From NCBI RefSeq assembly GCF_009914755.1, contig NC_060926.1: a stretch of 64,000 bases of DNA; one strand, given 5' to 3'. Below are positions 27,240 to 41,999 of the stretch, in pieces. The notes beneath the pieces are model-generated. The model did no database searches. It was not told the origin of the DNA and saw only the letters and a list, made by a program, of their open reading frames with translations. The stretch comes from the human T2T-CHM13v2.0 reference genome, Homo sapiens. Numbering within the stretch: position 1 is the first letter of the stretch; every line of letters begins with the position of its first letter. The position numbers were made by a program, and so were the translations under genes.

Positions 27240-28227
27240 CTTCTTCTATTTTCTTCCTTTTCTTTTTCTTTTTTTTTTTTTTTCTTTGAGATGGAGTAGT
27301 CTGTTTCTGTTGACCAGGCTGGAGTGCAGTGGTGCAATCTCGGCTCACTGCCACCTCTGCCTCCTGGGCTCCCAGGTTCAAACGATTCTCCTGCCTCATC
27401 CTCCCAAGTAGCTGGGATTACAGGTGTGTGCCATCATACCCGCCTAATTTTTGTATTTTTGGTGGAGACAGGGTTTCACCTTGTTGGCCAGGCTGGTCTC
27501 GAACTCCTGACCTCAGGTGATCTGTCTGCCTCAGCCTCCCAAAGTGCTAGGATTGTTGTACCCAGCGAGTTAAGAAGACACCACACTTTGAGACGAATTA
27601 AGAGTCCTTTATTAAGCCAGTGGCCAAAGAGACGGCTAATGCTCAAAATTCTCTCGGCCACGAGGAAAGGGCTCGATTAACTTTTATACCTAGGTTTAGG
27701 AAGGGGAGGGGGACTCAAAGGTAATAATTCTACAGAAGTAAAAACATGCAAGAATCAAAAGAATCAAAATGGTTACAGAGTGATAATTTAAAAGACAAAT
27801 GGTTACAAGAAGAGCAAGGGTGCCACGTGCAAGGTTCTAAATCTTTTATTATAATTAGATATAGGGTCTATGCCGGACAGGAACTCAAGGTTTTATGTTG
27901 TTATCTCTTGGAGAAAATTCCTGGGAACTTAATACGTTGTTGGTGTTGGTACCTTATCAGTTAATTGGGCTCCTTTGAAATGCTGAGGATCTGTTTACCC
28001 AGGCCAACTCCTCACAAAAGGGGTTTGGGTGAGGAGCCCTAGTGTCTTGTAAATTAAGGGGTCAGTTGGAGTTTGTCCGGCTTTCCTAGCTAGAGAGAGT
28101 CTTATTTACATGAGAAGCAAGGCTAGGTGATTAAAGAGACAGGCAGGACAAAATTCAAAGTAACCAGTTAAAGTAAAAACACGGTTAGGCATTTCAGGAT
28201 TACAAGCGTGAGCCACCACGCCCAGCC
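27240..28227 (-). mobile_element. AluSx/Sz-like, split by an LTR at 27554-28196
   Basis: The Alu reads ...ctcccaaagtgctaggat, then the LTR, then ggattacaagcgtgagccaccacgcccagcc. TSD acatttcttttt at 27228-27239 and 28229-28240. Confidence 0.93.
27554..28196 (-). mobile_element. Solo ERV1 LTR, LTR6-like (HERV-T/HERVS71)
   Basis: TG...CA termini with exact 4-bp TSD ggat at 27550-27553 and 28197-28200. Minus-strand TATAAAA at 27682-27688 and AATAAA at 27608-27613. The minus-strand start tgaaatgcctaacc recalls LTR6; the family name is from memory. Confidence 0.8.
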
Positions 28228-29721
28228 AACATTTCTTTTTTACCTTGCTTTATTGCACTGGCTAAGAATTATGATTAAATGCTGAATGAAAATAAAACAA
28301 ACATTTTTGCATTTTTTCCCTGACTTGCAGGATTCAGATTTTAACACTAAGTATGATTATATAACGGTTTTATATTATAGATGCCCTTATCCACTGATAA
28401 ATTAAAGTTTTCTTCAATTATTAGTATGCTGAGGTTTTTGTCATGAATAGATTTTGAATTACATCAAATATTTCTTGGGCATTCATTTACATATCACTTT
28501 ATTAATATGGTTAAATATGGTAATTAATTTTCTAAAGTTAATAGAATATTTTCAATATTTGAAATACACCATATTTGGTCATGATGCATTATCTTTTTAA
28601 AGTAACTGCTGCAATTCATTTGTTAACATTTTATAAGGATTTTTTAAAAATCTGTTTTCATTTCTGTTGTCTTTGACATTGGTATCAGAGTAATGCTGAC
28701 CTAACAAAATGAATTGGAAGATGTTTCCTCTAACTATATTTCCTAAAATCCTTTTGAGGCTGGTATTATTTGTTTATTAAATATGTGATAGAGTTTATCA
28801 GTGAAACAATCTGGGCCAGGACTTTTGTTTCCTAGTTGTTAGGAGATTTTTATTACAATTTAATTTATTTAAATGGCATAGATATTTAGATTTCTATTTG
28901 TTATCTCCTTTTGAGTCAGTTTTGGCACTGTGTATCTTTCCAGAATTTTTCTGTTTCATGTAGATTCTCAAATGTTTTGGTATAATTTATTCATAATATT
29001 CTCATATTATCCAGTCTTTTTCATGATCCTGTATTTTAAGATTTAACCCGCTGGATCTGTCATGACATTCTGTTGCATTACTTATATTGGTAATTTGTAT
29101 TTTAGATTTTGTATTTTATCAGCCTAGTTACAGGCCAATTAATTATATTGATCTTTACTAATATTTAATTGCATTAACATTCTCTATTTTTTATTATATT
29201 CCTTTTTTTTTACTTCGGTTTAATTTGCGTTGTTGTTTCTTGAGGTGGGAACTTCTATCATTAGATTATTGATTTTTATAACTTTCTTCTTTAAACATGC
29301 ATCTTTATAAATTTCACTTTAATCATTCATATTTTCTTATTCATATTGTTATAAAAATGTTTTTATTTTTCTTATGATTTCTGTTTTGACTCATGAATTA
29401 TCTAGAATTATGTTGTTAATTTTCAAGTAATTGGAGTTTTCCTAGTTGTCTTACTGCAATTGGTGTCAATTTTAATTCTACTATGTTCGGAGAACACCAT
29501 ATTTGATTTTAATCTTTTCTAGTTTATTATTTTTTTATGGGCCACAATATGGTCTAACTTAGAAAATAGTCCATGTGTATCCACAAAGAACAAGTATGTT
29601 ACAAGTTTTGGATGTATTCTTCTACACGTATCAATTAAGTAAAGGTGGTGGTTGTGTCTTTCAGACCTATGCCTCTTCTAATTATTTCTCTAGTTGCGTT
29701 ATCATTTGCTTAGAAAATATG

Positions 29722-30397
29722 TTGAATTAGTTTTGTATTGATGCTGTCAAAAATTATCACATATTTAGTGGCTTAAAAACAATTCCTATTTACTAACTAA
29801 CAGCTCTGTAGTTCCTCAGTCCAAGTAAAGCATGGCTCAGCTATTTCTGTTCTCTGGGTTTCACAGGCCCCAGGAAAGTGTCAGCAGGGCTGTGCTCCTT
29901 TCTGGGTGTTCTTAGTATGAATCTGCTTCCAATCTCAGTTAGGTTCTTCGAAGAATTCATTTTCATGCTGTTGCAGAAATGAGTTTCCCCATTTGCTTGC
30001 TGGCTACTGGTGAGAAGTTGCTTTTAGCCATTCATTAGTTCAGGATTTCCTTCCTCCATCTCAGAATCCAGTAATAACAGTTTGTGTTTTCTTCATGCTT
30101 CAAATCTTTCTGACATCCCTTGGGCTTCATCCCCATCTCCTACTTACTTTCTTTCTCTTCTTATGCTTTTTTTTCTGGCTTACTTTTCTGCTTTCCTCTT
30201 CTGCTTTTCAGGTCTCACGTGACTGTACTGGGCCCACCTAGACAGTCTAGGATAATCTCCCTACTTTAAGGTCAGCTGTTTGGTAACCTTAGTTACATTT
30301 GCAAAGTCACTTTGTAGCAATAATTAGCTTAGTGTTTGACTGATTTAGCAAAGGACAGGAATCTTATTGGAAAATTTTTAGAATTTTGTCTACCGTA
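29722..30397 (-). mobile_element. MLT1E-like MaLR LTR
   Basis: ttagtggcttaaaaacaa...gtgtcagcagggctgtgctcctttctgg...tgggcccacctagacagtctaggataatctccctactttaaggtcagctg...ttagaattttgtctacc. Confidence 0.8.
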
Positions 30398-31019
30398 GTT
30401 GATAACATCTCCAGTCATAATTTTGCATTTTCCTATTTCTCCATTTAATTTTGTTATTTTTATGGCATGTTTCATGAAGCACCTATTTATTAGCCCACAC
30501 ACATTTATTTCTTCTTTATGAATTTACACTTTTATCAGATGAAATTCTTACTGTGTCTATGTAGTACTTTTTGTCTTGAAATCTATTTTATGTGATTTAT
30601 ACCCATTTTGCTTTCTTATTTTTATTATTACCATTTGTATGGTATATCTTTTTTCCATCCATTCGCTCTCAGCATATCTGTATCTTTATATTTAAAATGT
30701 TTTTCTTATAGAGAGAATATGGTCAGGTTTTAACTTTTAAAAATGTAACTTTAGGTAGTTCTCTTAGGGTTCCTAAAACTAATATGCTAGACTGCACTTA
30801 GTCTTTAGACAGTTGTCAAAAATTCAACCTTTTTTTTAAAAAAATCTTCCTCTATAGCATCTCCAACCTTATTTTACTACTCCTCTCAGAATAAAAGCAA
30901 ACTTAGTTTTTTTCTTTACATGGAGGGGCTAATCATTTTCTTGTTCAAATTCCTTTACCATTCTCTAAATTATCAGCTTTCTGGTGGGCTTTAAATATTT
31001 TAAAACATTATGATATGAC

Positions 31020-31230
31020 ATGTGATTCTAGAAAATATGGAGTAAAAGGAATGAGGTTTACTTCCACTTCACACAACAATCTTCAAGACATTGGGCATGT
31101 GGCAATAGAAGCCAGCAATCCCTGAGAGAGAAGAAACAGATGAGCCCTAAAATTTGAGGGCTAAGTGCACAGAGACAGTATCCAAAAAGCAGGACAGATA
31201 AGTGGAATTCACTTGGAGTCCTGTGGTATA
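31020..31230 (+). mobile_element. Possible old L1M 5'-region fragment
   Basis: ttcaagacattgggcat...gcaatccctgagagagaagaaacagatgagccctaaaatt. Confidence 0.4.
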
Positions 31231-31478
31231 CATTAGTATATTAAATCATGATGAAAATAACAATGTAACAAAATAATAATTTAAAAGATATAGATAAAAA
31301 CTGTGAAACACAGAAAATGCAATAGTTTGATAAATATGTACATCCTTATATACTTAGAAAATGATATATGATTATATTTAGTAAGGTATGTTTTCAACTG
31401 TATAACAACAGAATAAAATAAAGAAGGGAGAAAGAAAAATGTTGAGAAGATAGGAATAATACTCTCTTTGTAGATAAG

Positions 31479-31856
31479 TGTATCATTCCATTTTCATACT
31501 GTTATAAAAAACTGGCTGAGACTGGGTAATTTACAAACAAAGGAGGTTTAATTGACTCACAGCTCTGCATGGCTGGGGAAGCCTCAGGAGATTTACAATC
31601 ATGGTGAAATGTGAATTGGAATAAGGCACCTTCTTCACAAGGCGACAGGAAGGAGAAGTGCAGAGCAAAGGAAGAAGAGCCCCTTATAAAACCATCAGAT
31701 CTCATGAGAACTCACTCACTATCACAAGAAGAGCATGGAGGTAAACCGCCCCATGATTCAGTTACCTCCACCTGGTCTTTCCCTTGACACCCGGGTATTA
31801 TGGGGATTACAATTAAAGATGAGATTTGGATGGGAACAGAAAGCCTGACCATATCA
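31479..31856 (-). mobile_element. THE1D/MSTA-like solo LTR
   Basis: tgtatcattccattttcatactg...gagactgggtaattt...cttataaaaccatcagatctcatgagaactcac...accatatca. 5-bp TSD ataag/ataac. Confidence 0.92.
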
Positions 31857-33099
31857 ATAACCCTTGAATAGTACCTAGAAAAACCTTACAAATACTGTTT
31901 CCATGGTCAAACACAAGAAACATCTTTTAAAAGTCAGAAAAAATTTTCAAAATTAAAACTTATTCAATATTTTGAAAATCTTCTCCAATGTAGGTAAACA
32001 AACAAAAAACATGAAAACTTTGGAAAGAAAAGACTAAAACTATTTAGAGAACATTTCAAAAATGACATACAGGCAGATGGTTAGAATTAATGCTAGAGTT
32101 TTGCCAGGGGGATATTTCTATAATCAATATATAAAAATCAACTCTATGTCCATAAGAAAGAAGATAATTTAAACAAAAAATCAGAGCAGCAAAAATAAAG
32201 CATAATTTTCATAAAATATATTCAAAATATTAATATAGATAATGCTAAAATTTATCAAAAGAAAGTTAAAAACACTTAAATAAGTGAAGACATATATATT
32301 CTTCATGGAACAAAGACTTATTACATTAAGGTGGTTGATTTTGCTCAAACTGATTTTCAGATTCTATGTAATTCCAGTCAAAATTTCAGTATTTAAAGGA
32401 AACTGACCAGCTACTGCTAAAATGTATGGAAAAATGTGCAAACCTTAGAATGAAGTAAACCTAGAAAAAGAATATTATGTATTTTTGTAACAATTAGTGA
32501 AACATTATGAAGTTAGAGTAATTTATATCATATGGCACAGGTGAAATAATAGCAAAAATTATCAATAAACCAGTATAAACAGCTAAGAAACAGGTTCATA
32601 CATATATTAACACTTTTATAAAGATATATTGCATACTCCTGAGAAAGGCTGAACCCAGCGACAATACTGCAGAGCCCATTAGTTATCCACATAGATAAAA
32701 TATAATAAATACAAATTGATACTAAGTGAGTTTCAAGTGTAAAAATAATGGCAAAATTTTCAAAAGAAAATAAAAAGCCATGTGACCTTATAGAGAGAAG
32801 AAAGTTTTTACAAAAGACACAATAATTGGAATAGAAAATATTGATACATTCAACTAAAATTACAGATTTCAATTTATCTCAAAAATCTATTATTTCCTGA
32901 GACAAGCCCAAGACTGGGAGATTATGTAACTCACATACTAAATAAATAAAAACTAGTTCAATAAACAAGTAGAACAGTGGGCCAGAAATAGAACAGGAAT
33001 TCCACATAAGAGAATACATAACAGCAAATAAATATATAAAGAGATAATCAGGAAACTTTATAATAAAAAAAATTAGGTCTAGTAGTGAACCATATTTTC

Positions 33100-34302
<1,203 letters not shown>

Positions 34303-35614
34303 TCATATCCATAGATGTGAAAATATCTGGTGTCTTGACAATGTGGAACAACTGGGATGCTTACACCACGCTGATAGAAGTGTATATTGGTACAGTTTCT
34401 TTGAAATTATAACATGCACGTAGCCTACAACCTGGTATTCCCCACACTAAGTAAATAAAGTATTTGGAATCTTCCCCTTTTTACTGAGGAATATGTAGAA
34501 GAATATTCAAACCAGCATTCTAACCAAGAACAATGAATTAAAAACAACGATGACCATGTATAGAAGCATGTATAAATAGTTTCAGATTGACTCAACTGGA
34601 TATTATACAAATGAGAAAAAAAAATGAACTGTTATACACTAGTATAGTTGAATCTTAGAATGAGGCAAGATTTTAAAAAAGTAGAAACTATATTATGGTA
34701 ATTTTAACAAGGACAATCTAAATAATATTTAGAAATGACTGTTTCTTCCCTATAAATCTGTAAGAACAAAAAGGTAAAATAATAAACACAAAATTCAGTT
34801 TAGCTTTGAATGTTTTTTAGATTAGCTTTTAGAATATAAACAAGTAAAAGGGATGGACATAGAGCTCACAGGTTTCTTCACTGGTCCTATTAATATTCTA
34901 TTTCCTAGAGTTCATGAGTGTTACACCTAGTACTATTTTTAAAAAATACATATATAAGGTCGTTTGCATTTCAAATGTCACATAATGAAGTAAAACATGC
35001 TCTAGGTTAAACAGCTAAGAAATGGAAGAGGTGGAATACAATATCAGATATCAGCTTCAAAAATAACTCCATTTCCTCTATATCACTTTGTCTCAGTGCA
35101 AATGTTGGAATTTCAAATTATCTATTTAAGTTTATTGCATTGATAATGTATGCTGAATGGTTTCTCAGTTAATCATCTTCCCATTTCTTAGGTGTTTGGA
35201 TAGGCAAGGTGAGTCGACATAGTAACAAATATTAAGTTTCAAGCAACCCATGATTTGAATCATGTTAAAGAAAAAAAGGACTGTACTAGAAGTTAGAAGT
35301 TATTTCTAGACTTATTTCACTATACCCTCTTTGTCTGAGACAACTTCTAAAAAATTATACAAGAGGAAATAGGTATTTCTTTATGTTTTTATATTTAATG
35401 GTTCTTATACAAGCATTGCATTCACTGAAACACCAATTAACTAATTTAATAGTTTGCAAAATGTCTGAACTTTCATTGCATCACCTATTGGAAATAATTC
35501 AATTCAAAAAAGCAAAGCAAAAAACCAAAATCAGAGATTTGCTGTTTGGCCTAATATTTTAAAAAATAGAATCCTTATATTTAAGACAAAATATAAAAGT
35601 GTTCAGTATCTTAG

Positions 35615-36163
35615 CGTGCCAGTTTATCAATGTGTTGCCTCTTAGCAAAGAGTTCATTCTTCAGTATCTCTTTCATTATAATGATTGCACCATTTAAGGA
35701 CTTCTTTACAGTGAGAACAATGTTAAGCTTTGTCAGTAAAATATGCTGGAGGCTCATTTCAGGAAGAAGGGGCTTGTCTCCCTTGTACCATGTACTATAC
35801 ACTACTCATCCTACAGTGGGACTCTGAGTCCCTCTGCATGACTGCTCACCAGCCTTGGTCATCTGTACCCCAGAGAGTTGTTTCCTGTTTTCCTGGAAAC
35901 TCTACCACAACCATGTGAACTTTACCATCCAATGGGAGACAACCACGTCCTCTCCAATGAAGTCTGAACCCCAACCCAGAGGAAGAGGCTTCCTTTCAAG
36001 TTTGTTCCTCCTTGAGTACTCTTCTTTAGTCCTAGGAAATTCTTTAAAGTTCTCTTGATAGTTTTATAGTTACTCTATCATAGTTTAATAATGTTTTCTG
36101 TTAAACTTTCTTCATTTAAACTATTTGTGGTTCCTATCTTTAGATTGGACTCAGACTTATACA
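35615..36163 (+). mobile_element. Old ERVL-class LTR (LTR50-like)
   Basis: gtgccagtttatcaatgtgttgcctctt...gttaagctttgtcagtaaaatatgctggagg...gattggactcagacttataca. The family name is uncertain. Confidence 0.55.
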
Positions 36164-37997
36164 TATAACGATGGAATCATTATCTCCATTTGATTTCAGT
36201 TTCAAATCATTTCTCTTTATTTACACAGCATACATTTAATTCTCTTGATCTGATTTGGTGGCTATTAAATAACTTACAGCAAGAGTTGTGAAGGTTAATA
36301 AATAAACTGAAATACACATATTAACAAGAACTGACATATATAGAGGGGACTACTATTGTGGATAGTTTTAGTCATTTAAAAAGGCAATTTTGTTTTTGGA
36401 TTGGTAGGTGACAAAAAAATGACTTCATAAATGTTTTGCTTACAAGACTATAATCTACCTAAGACCAAGCCCGGTGGAAGAAACCACTCCAAAGTATTTT
36501 GGGAAGAAAGAAAAGACCTCTTTTATGACACACATCTACAAAGGACATAAAGAATTATAAGTTGTCAAGTGAGAAAGACAATAGCCCAAATTTATACGGG
36601 TATTTGTACTAGAAAGTGTTAGTGAAGGAGATTAAGATATTAGAATTTCCCTATGAGGTAGTTGTTGTCTTACCATAACCGGATGGCCTTTTTGTGTCTA
36701 TCTAGTGTAGTAATGAATCATTTTCATCCTTCATAATAGACTCCCTTTGGAGGAGTCACAGGACAATTTTGACTCACAATTAACCCTTCTTTATACAGAG
36801 TAAGAAGAGAGGGTCATCCCACTGTAATTTCCCTATATGGTTTACTGTCTTATTGATGAAGCCCTTATCCTTGCAATCTTTGTCCATTTTCTACCACTTG
36901 AAAACCAATGAAAATTTTCTGTATATTTTCTTCCACAATTAATTTACAAATGACATGATGTGGGAAGGCATCTTACAAAAATTGGCAATAGAGTGTCTTT
37001 TATAAAAAAATACAAATTGTTTGAAATATCCAATATACCCCTAGGAAAAATGCCAGTTCTGAAACACTTAAAAAATCTCTGCAGTTGACTAGAAATGACA
37101 TTTAAACTAAAGGCTTAGAGAGATTTGACAGTGCTCTCTCAAAAGCATTATGACAGCAACCCCTTTATTTCTATGCATTTTATATGAACGACATTTTTTT
37201 TTCCTCAACACTGACAGTTGGAGATAGATTCTATTATTACTGAAAAGTACAGACATGGCCCTTTCGCTAAAAATGAAAACACCCATTAGTCATAGATAAA
37301 TGTTTCTTTTCCCTTTTACCTTATCTATTTTAAGTTACTAATCCTGAGGACAAATATGCCTAGAATGTAAACAAGGTGTTTTTTTTTCTGTAACAATTGT
37401 TACATATAATGGGATGACATGTCACTGCGTCACCTGATTCATTGTCAAGTGTCTAACCTATTCTGTAAAGCACTTATCACAGTACTATTCTAGCTTATAA
37501 TGAAACAGGACTACAACTGTTCTGAACTCATATTTTTCATTCACTTCCCTAGTTAAAGTTAACATGCAGTTCAGAAAGATGTAATTGACTAACCATGGGA
37601 GAGGAAAAAATGACAAAGAAAATATATGATACTCAGGCTACCTAAAATGGAGACCCATATGTCCAGAAGAAAAGATTTTTAGAAACATTTCTCTTTTCTT
37701 TTCAAAATGACTGGAACAGTTTTCTGTTAAACAATGGCAGTGGGCAAAGTAGTATCCTTTTGTCTGAAATGCATGTATTTATGTAATACATTCCATAGTA
37801 CTTTATTTGCCATACAAATTACTATAGTTAAATAAACACTCCAGATAATAAAACAGTAGGAATTATCCTCATTTTAAGAATGTCTGTGCAATATTTGAGC
37901 TCTCCTTTTCCCAGATTTAATTTTTTATGATTTTCACCAGCACTTTTTTTTTTTTTTTTTCCATTTGAAGGTTGGTAAACTTAGAACAATCAGATTG

Positions 37998-38388
<391 letters not shown>

Positions 38389-40300
38389 TTATATTCTTTA
38401 AGCTGAGTCTGCATTTTGTCTTATGAACTATATGAAGCCAGTTTTTCTTTCTTGTTTGTAAAACTGTTCAGGCTGTAATAAATTTAAATGTATGCACCAT
38501 TGAATATAAATTCTAGATATTATCCTCTAAGAGGACATATGACTAGAGAAGTAGTTTGAAAAATTTTACATTTAATGGATCTACAACTTTATCTTAAATG
38601 TTTCCAGTAAATGTATAGTTATTCCATTTTTTGGCAATATTGGGAAATGGTTTTGGATTATTTTTAAATGAATTTTCTTAACTAATCAATAACAAACATA
38701 ACTAAAATATTGACAATAACCAATAAAAATACAGTAATTAAAATAGCATATTCCTTAAAACATTCAGATAATTTCACTAGTTTTCAATTAAAAAAAAGAT
38801 GAACCTAAAATTTTGTAATGATACTCTATTTTCTGTGGACATGAAACAAATATAAATAACTGGCAATGTAATGAAATCTGTATATATATTTCAGAAATAA
38901 AGTTATAAATATAGTAATAGAAGAGGCTTTGAAATACTAATGTCCTAGCTTCAGCCTGGTGATTTACAACTGTAGTGTTGATTAAGCTTTTGTAGAATGT
39001 AACTAAAATTTCATTTAGTTGTTTAACAAATAACTAGCAAAGGGGAAAATTTATGATTGGAAGCATTTTCATTTAAATTGAAAAGCAATTTAAAATAAGG
39101 CCTATGGCTATAATAAAATTAGTCATAGAAATGTATATTTTATTGTTTAATTCTTAATATTTATCTGCTATTACACACTTTTAAAATATATTTCTAATTT
39201 CTTCCTTTAATTAATCCCTCAAAAATTAACCTCTCAGTTCTCATCATTTTATAGACCATAATTTGACCTGGAAAATAAATGAAAATGATAGAAGAAGAAA
39301 GTTTGCTCACTAAAGATGTTTTATACAATTCAGATAAGGCATAGCCAGAGAATGTTGGCTGACCTATTTGATGTGTACTAAGGAATATCAAGCTTCAGTG
39401 GATCATTATCTGTGAACCAGGTTAAATGCACTTATATCTGTGTGTCTTTGGAAATTGGAATAAGTTAAAGCCTCTGTAAGATCACCGTTTCTGAACTCAG
39501 TACAAAAATTTCTCCCATCTCTTCTTATTCTGCCTATTTAGCCACATATATACATACATCATGTCTCTTCTTCCTAGAAAAGTAATTTTTTTTTGCACAA
39601 TTCTGCTATTGCTTTACTACTTCTGATTCTCTGCTATGGTTTGATGCTCTGAGCAAAGTTTGAAACAGAGAGATTCCATTTTCTCAGACTACCAATTGGA
39701 TGAAAAGTAGTCTGCACTGTAATGGGAGATAAGCCATAGCTAGATTATCCTCATGTATGGATTCAGGTAGAAACTATTTGGATTAGTCAGAAAGGGATTC
39801 TAGAAATAGGGGAATGGGCAGAAAATTCATGGTCCAATGTCATATGATGAACTAATGTCCAAGGGGAGCAAATGAACTTGAATTAGACTGAAGATTTTAC
39901 TCATATCCAAATTCACCATGGAGCCCATCATCTTCTTTGCTTGACAACATTTGCCAAATTTGGCTTCCACTGGAATTTTATTCTAATCACAAAGTTACAT
40001 TTCCATTCCCCTTTGGATTATGCTTTTGCTTGATAATTAAATTTCAGAGACTTAGTAGGGAGTGCCACAAATATCATCTTTCTCACAAAGCCATATTTTT
40101 AACATGAAGGACAAGAAGGACAACAAACTAATTTAAAGTTACAAGGGTATTGATCAGAAAAAGCACTGAGCATCCATGAACCAAAGATCTGTCCCAACGA
40201 GATCCAGACAACAATCATGCTATCATCAAGAAGATAAAGAACAATTACTTTAGCATGGTAAGAAGTATTTTCCTAGAGTTAATTTATGTTACTTCCAAAA

Positions 40301-41165
40301 TGCTATGGTCTGAGTGTTAGTGACCGCTAGAAATTTTTGTTTTAATTTTATCTTTTTTTTTGACTTTTATTTTAAGTTCAGAGATACAAGTGCAGGTTTG
40401 TTACATAGGTAAACTTGTGTCATGGGGGGTTTGTTTTACAGATTATGTCATCAGTCAGGTATTAAGCCTAGTACTCATTAGTTATTTTTCCTGATTCTCT
40501 CCCTCCTCTCACCTTCCACCTTCTGAAATGCCCCAGTGTGTATTGTTCCCCTCTATGTGTCCATGTGTTCTCATCATTTAGCTCCCACTTATAAGTGAGA
40601 ACACGTGGTATTTGGTTTTCTGTTCCTGCATTAGTTTGCTGAGGATAATGTCATCCAGCTCCATCCATGTCCCTGCAAAGGACATGATCTTGTTTTGTTT
40701 TTTTTTTTAATTGCTGCATAGTATTCCATGGTGCATATGTAGCATATTTTCTTTATCTGGTCTATCACTGATGGGCATTTAGGTTGATTGCATGTCTTTA
40801 CCGTTGTAAGTAGTGCTGCAATGAACATACTTGTCTATGTGTCTTTATAATACAGAATTGTTATGTTGTAACCTAATAATGTGATAGTGTTAAAAAGTAG
40901 CACCTTCCTGGAAGTGAAGTCCTGAGGGCTAATCCCTTATGAACGAAATTAGTTTCCTATAAAAGAGATTGAAGAGAGTTTCCTTCCACCCCATCTGTCA
41001 TATGAGGACACAGCAAGAGGCTCCATTTATGAAGCCGAGAGTCACTGAATCTATTGGCACCTTGATCTTGAACTTCCCAGCTTCCAGAACTGTGATAAAT
41101 AAATTTATATTATTTATAAATTAGTCTAAGCTATTTTGTTATAGCAGCCATAACAAACTAAGACA
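40301..41165 (+). mobile_element. MLT1A-like LTR split by an L1
   Basis: Starts tgctatggtctgagtgtt and resumes at about 40853 (atgttgtaacctaat...ggcaccttgatcttgaacttcccagcttccagaactgtga...ctaagaca). Confidence 0.8.
40336..40852 (-). mobile_element. L1PA11-13-like 3' end
   Basis: ttttattttaagttcagagatacaagtgcaggtttgttacataggtaaacttgtgtcatgggg...catcatttagctcccacttataagtgagaac. Confidence 0.9.
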
Positions 41166-41174
41166 CAAGCCGTG

Positions 41175-41332
41175 TGTAAATAAGTAAATAACCTGTCAAT
41201 TTCTTTAAAAATAGAGATAATCTCAGCTACTACCTAAATTTGTTAGGAAGATTGCATGAAATAATTGTACAATAAACTTAGCTCTCTGCCTAGTTCACAA
41301 TACTTGCTCTATAAATACCTACTACTGCTGTT
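41175..41332 (+). mobile_element. MIR
   Basis: taaaaatagagataat...ttgttaggaagattgcatgaaataat...tgcctagttcacaat. Confidence 0.55.
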
Positions 41333-41464
41333 ATAAAATCTTTTAGAATCAACACTCACAGCCACTTAAAAAGTTTTCCCCTAAATGTTCTCAATAAAGT
41401 TGAAAGATCATATATCACCAGCTTGTTTTCTCTTTCACACTCTTTTTTCCTTGAACTACCAGAT

Positions 41465-41676
41465 ATCTCTCTGTGTAAGGAAAATGCCAGGCCATGTGAG
41501 GACAGATTAGAAGGCAGCTATCTACAAACTAAGGAGAGTGGCTTCACCAGAAACCAACCTTACTGACACTTTGATCTTGGACTTTCAGCCTTTAGGACCA
41601 TGAGAAAGTAAATTTCTCTTGTCTAATCCAGCCAGTCTGTGCTGTTTTGTTATGGCGGCCCAAACAGACTAATACA
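41465..41676 (+). mobile_element. MLT1A-like LTR, 3' half
   Basis: ggccatgtgaggacag...caccagaaaccaacctt...ttgatcttggactttcagcc...tttgttatggcggcc...gactaataca. Confidence 0.85.
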
Positions 41677-41999
41677 CCATAGGATGCAATGCTAGTCTGC
41701 ATAATTTTTTAGACTTTTCAGTTACTTAGCATATTCTGGAATTGGTTCTGGAAGTGACCTTTTTTGTTTCAATAGTTATTACTGAGTAGTAGAAAGTGTA
41801 TGTAAATTTGGAATGTCTTTAACATGGCCTTCAAAGTGGGAACCACAGTCAGATATAACGTGACATAAAGTAACAGAAGAAAATCATGTTGATGAGGAAT
41901 AGTTTGACCATGGATAGGACAAGTTGAGAAACGAATATAGGGGAGGAAACATGGTATCAGATACGTTCTCTCTCTACTGCTTGGTGACAAATGTTACAG

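Larger units (their letters stand above)
25405..30740 (-). mobile_element. Long old L1M (L1ME-like) ORF2 relic carrying four insertions
   Basis: Collinear antisense L1 pieces at about 25405-25680, 25980-26045, 26410-27239, 28240-29720 and 30400-30740. Confidence 0.7.
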
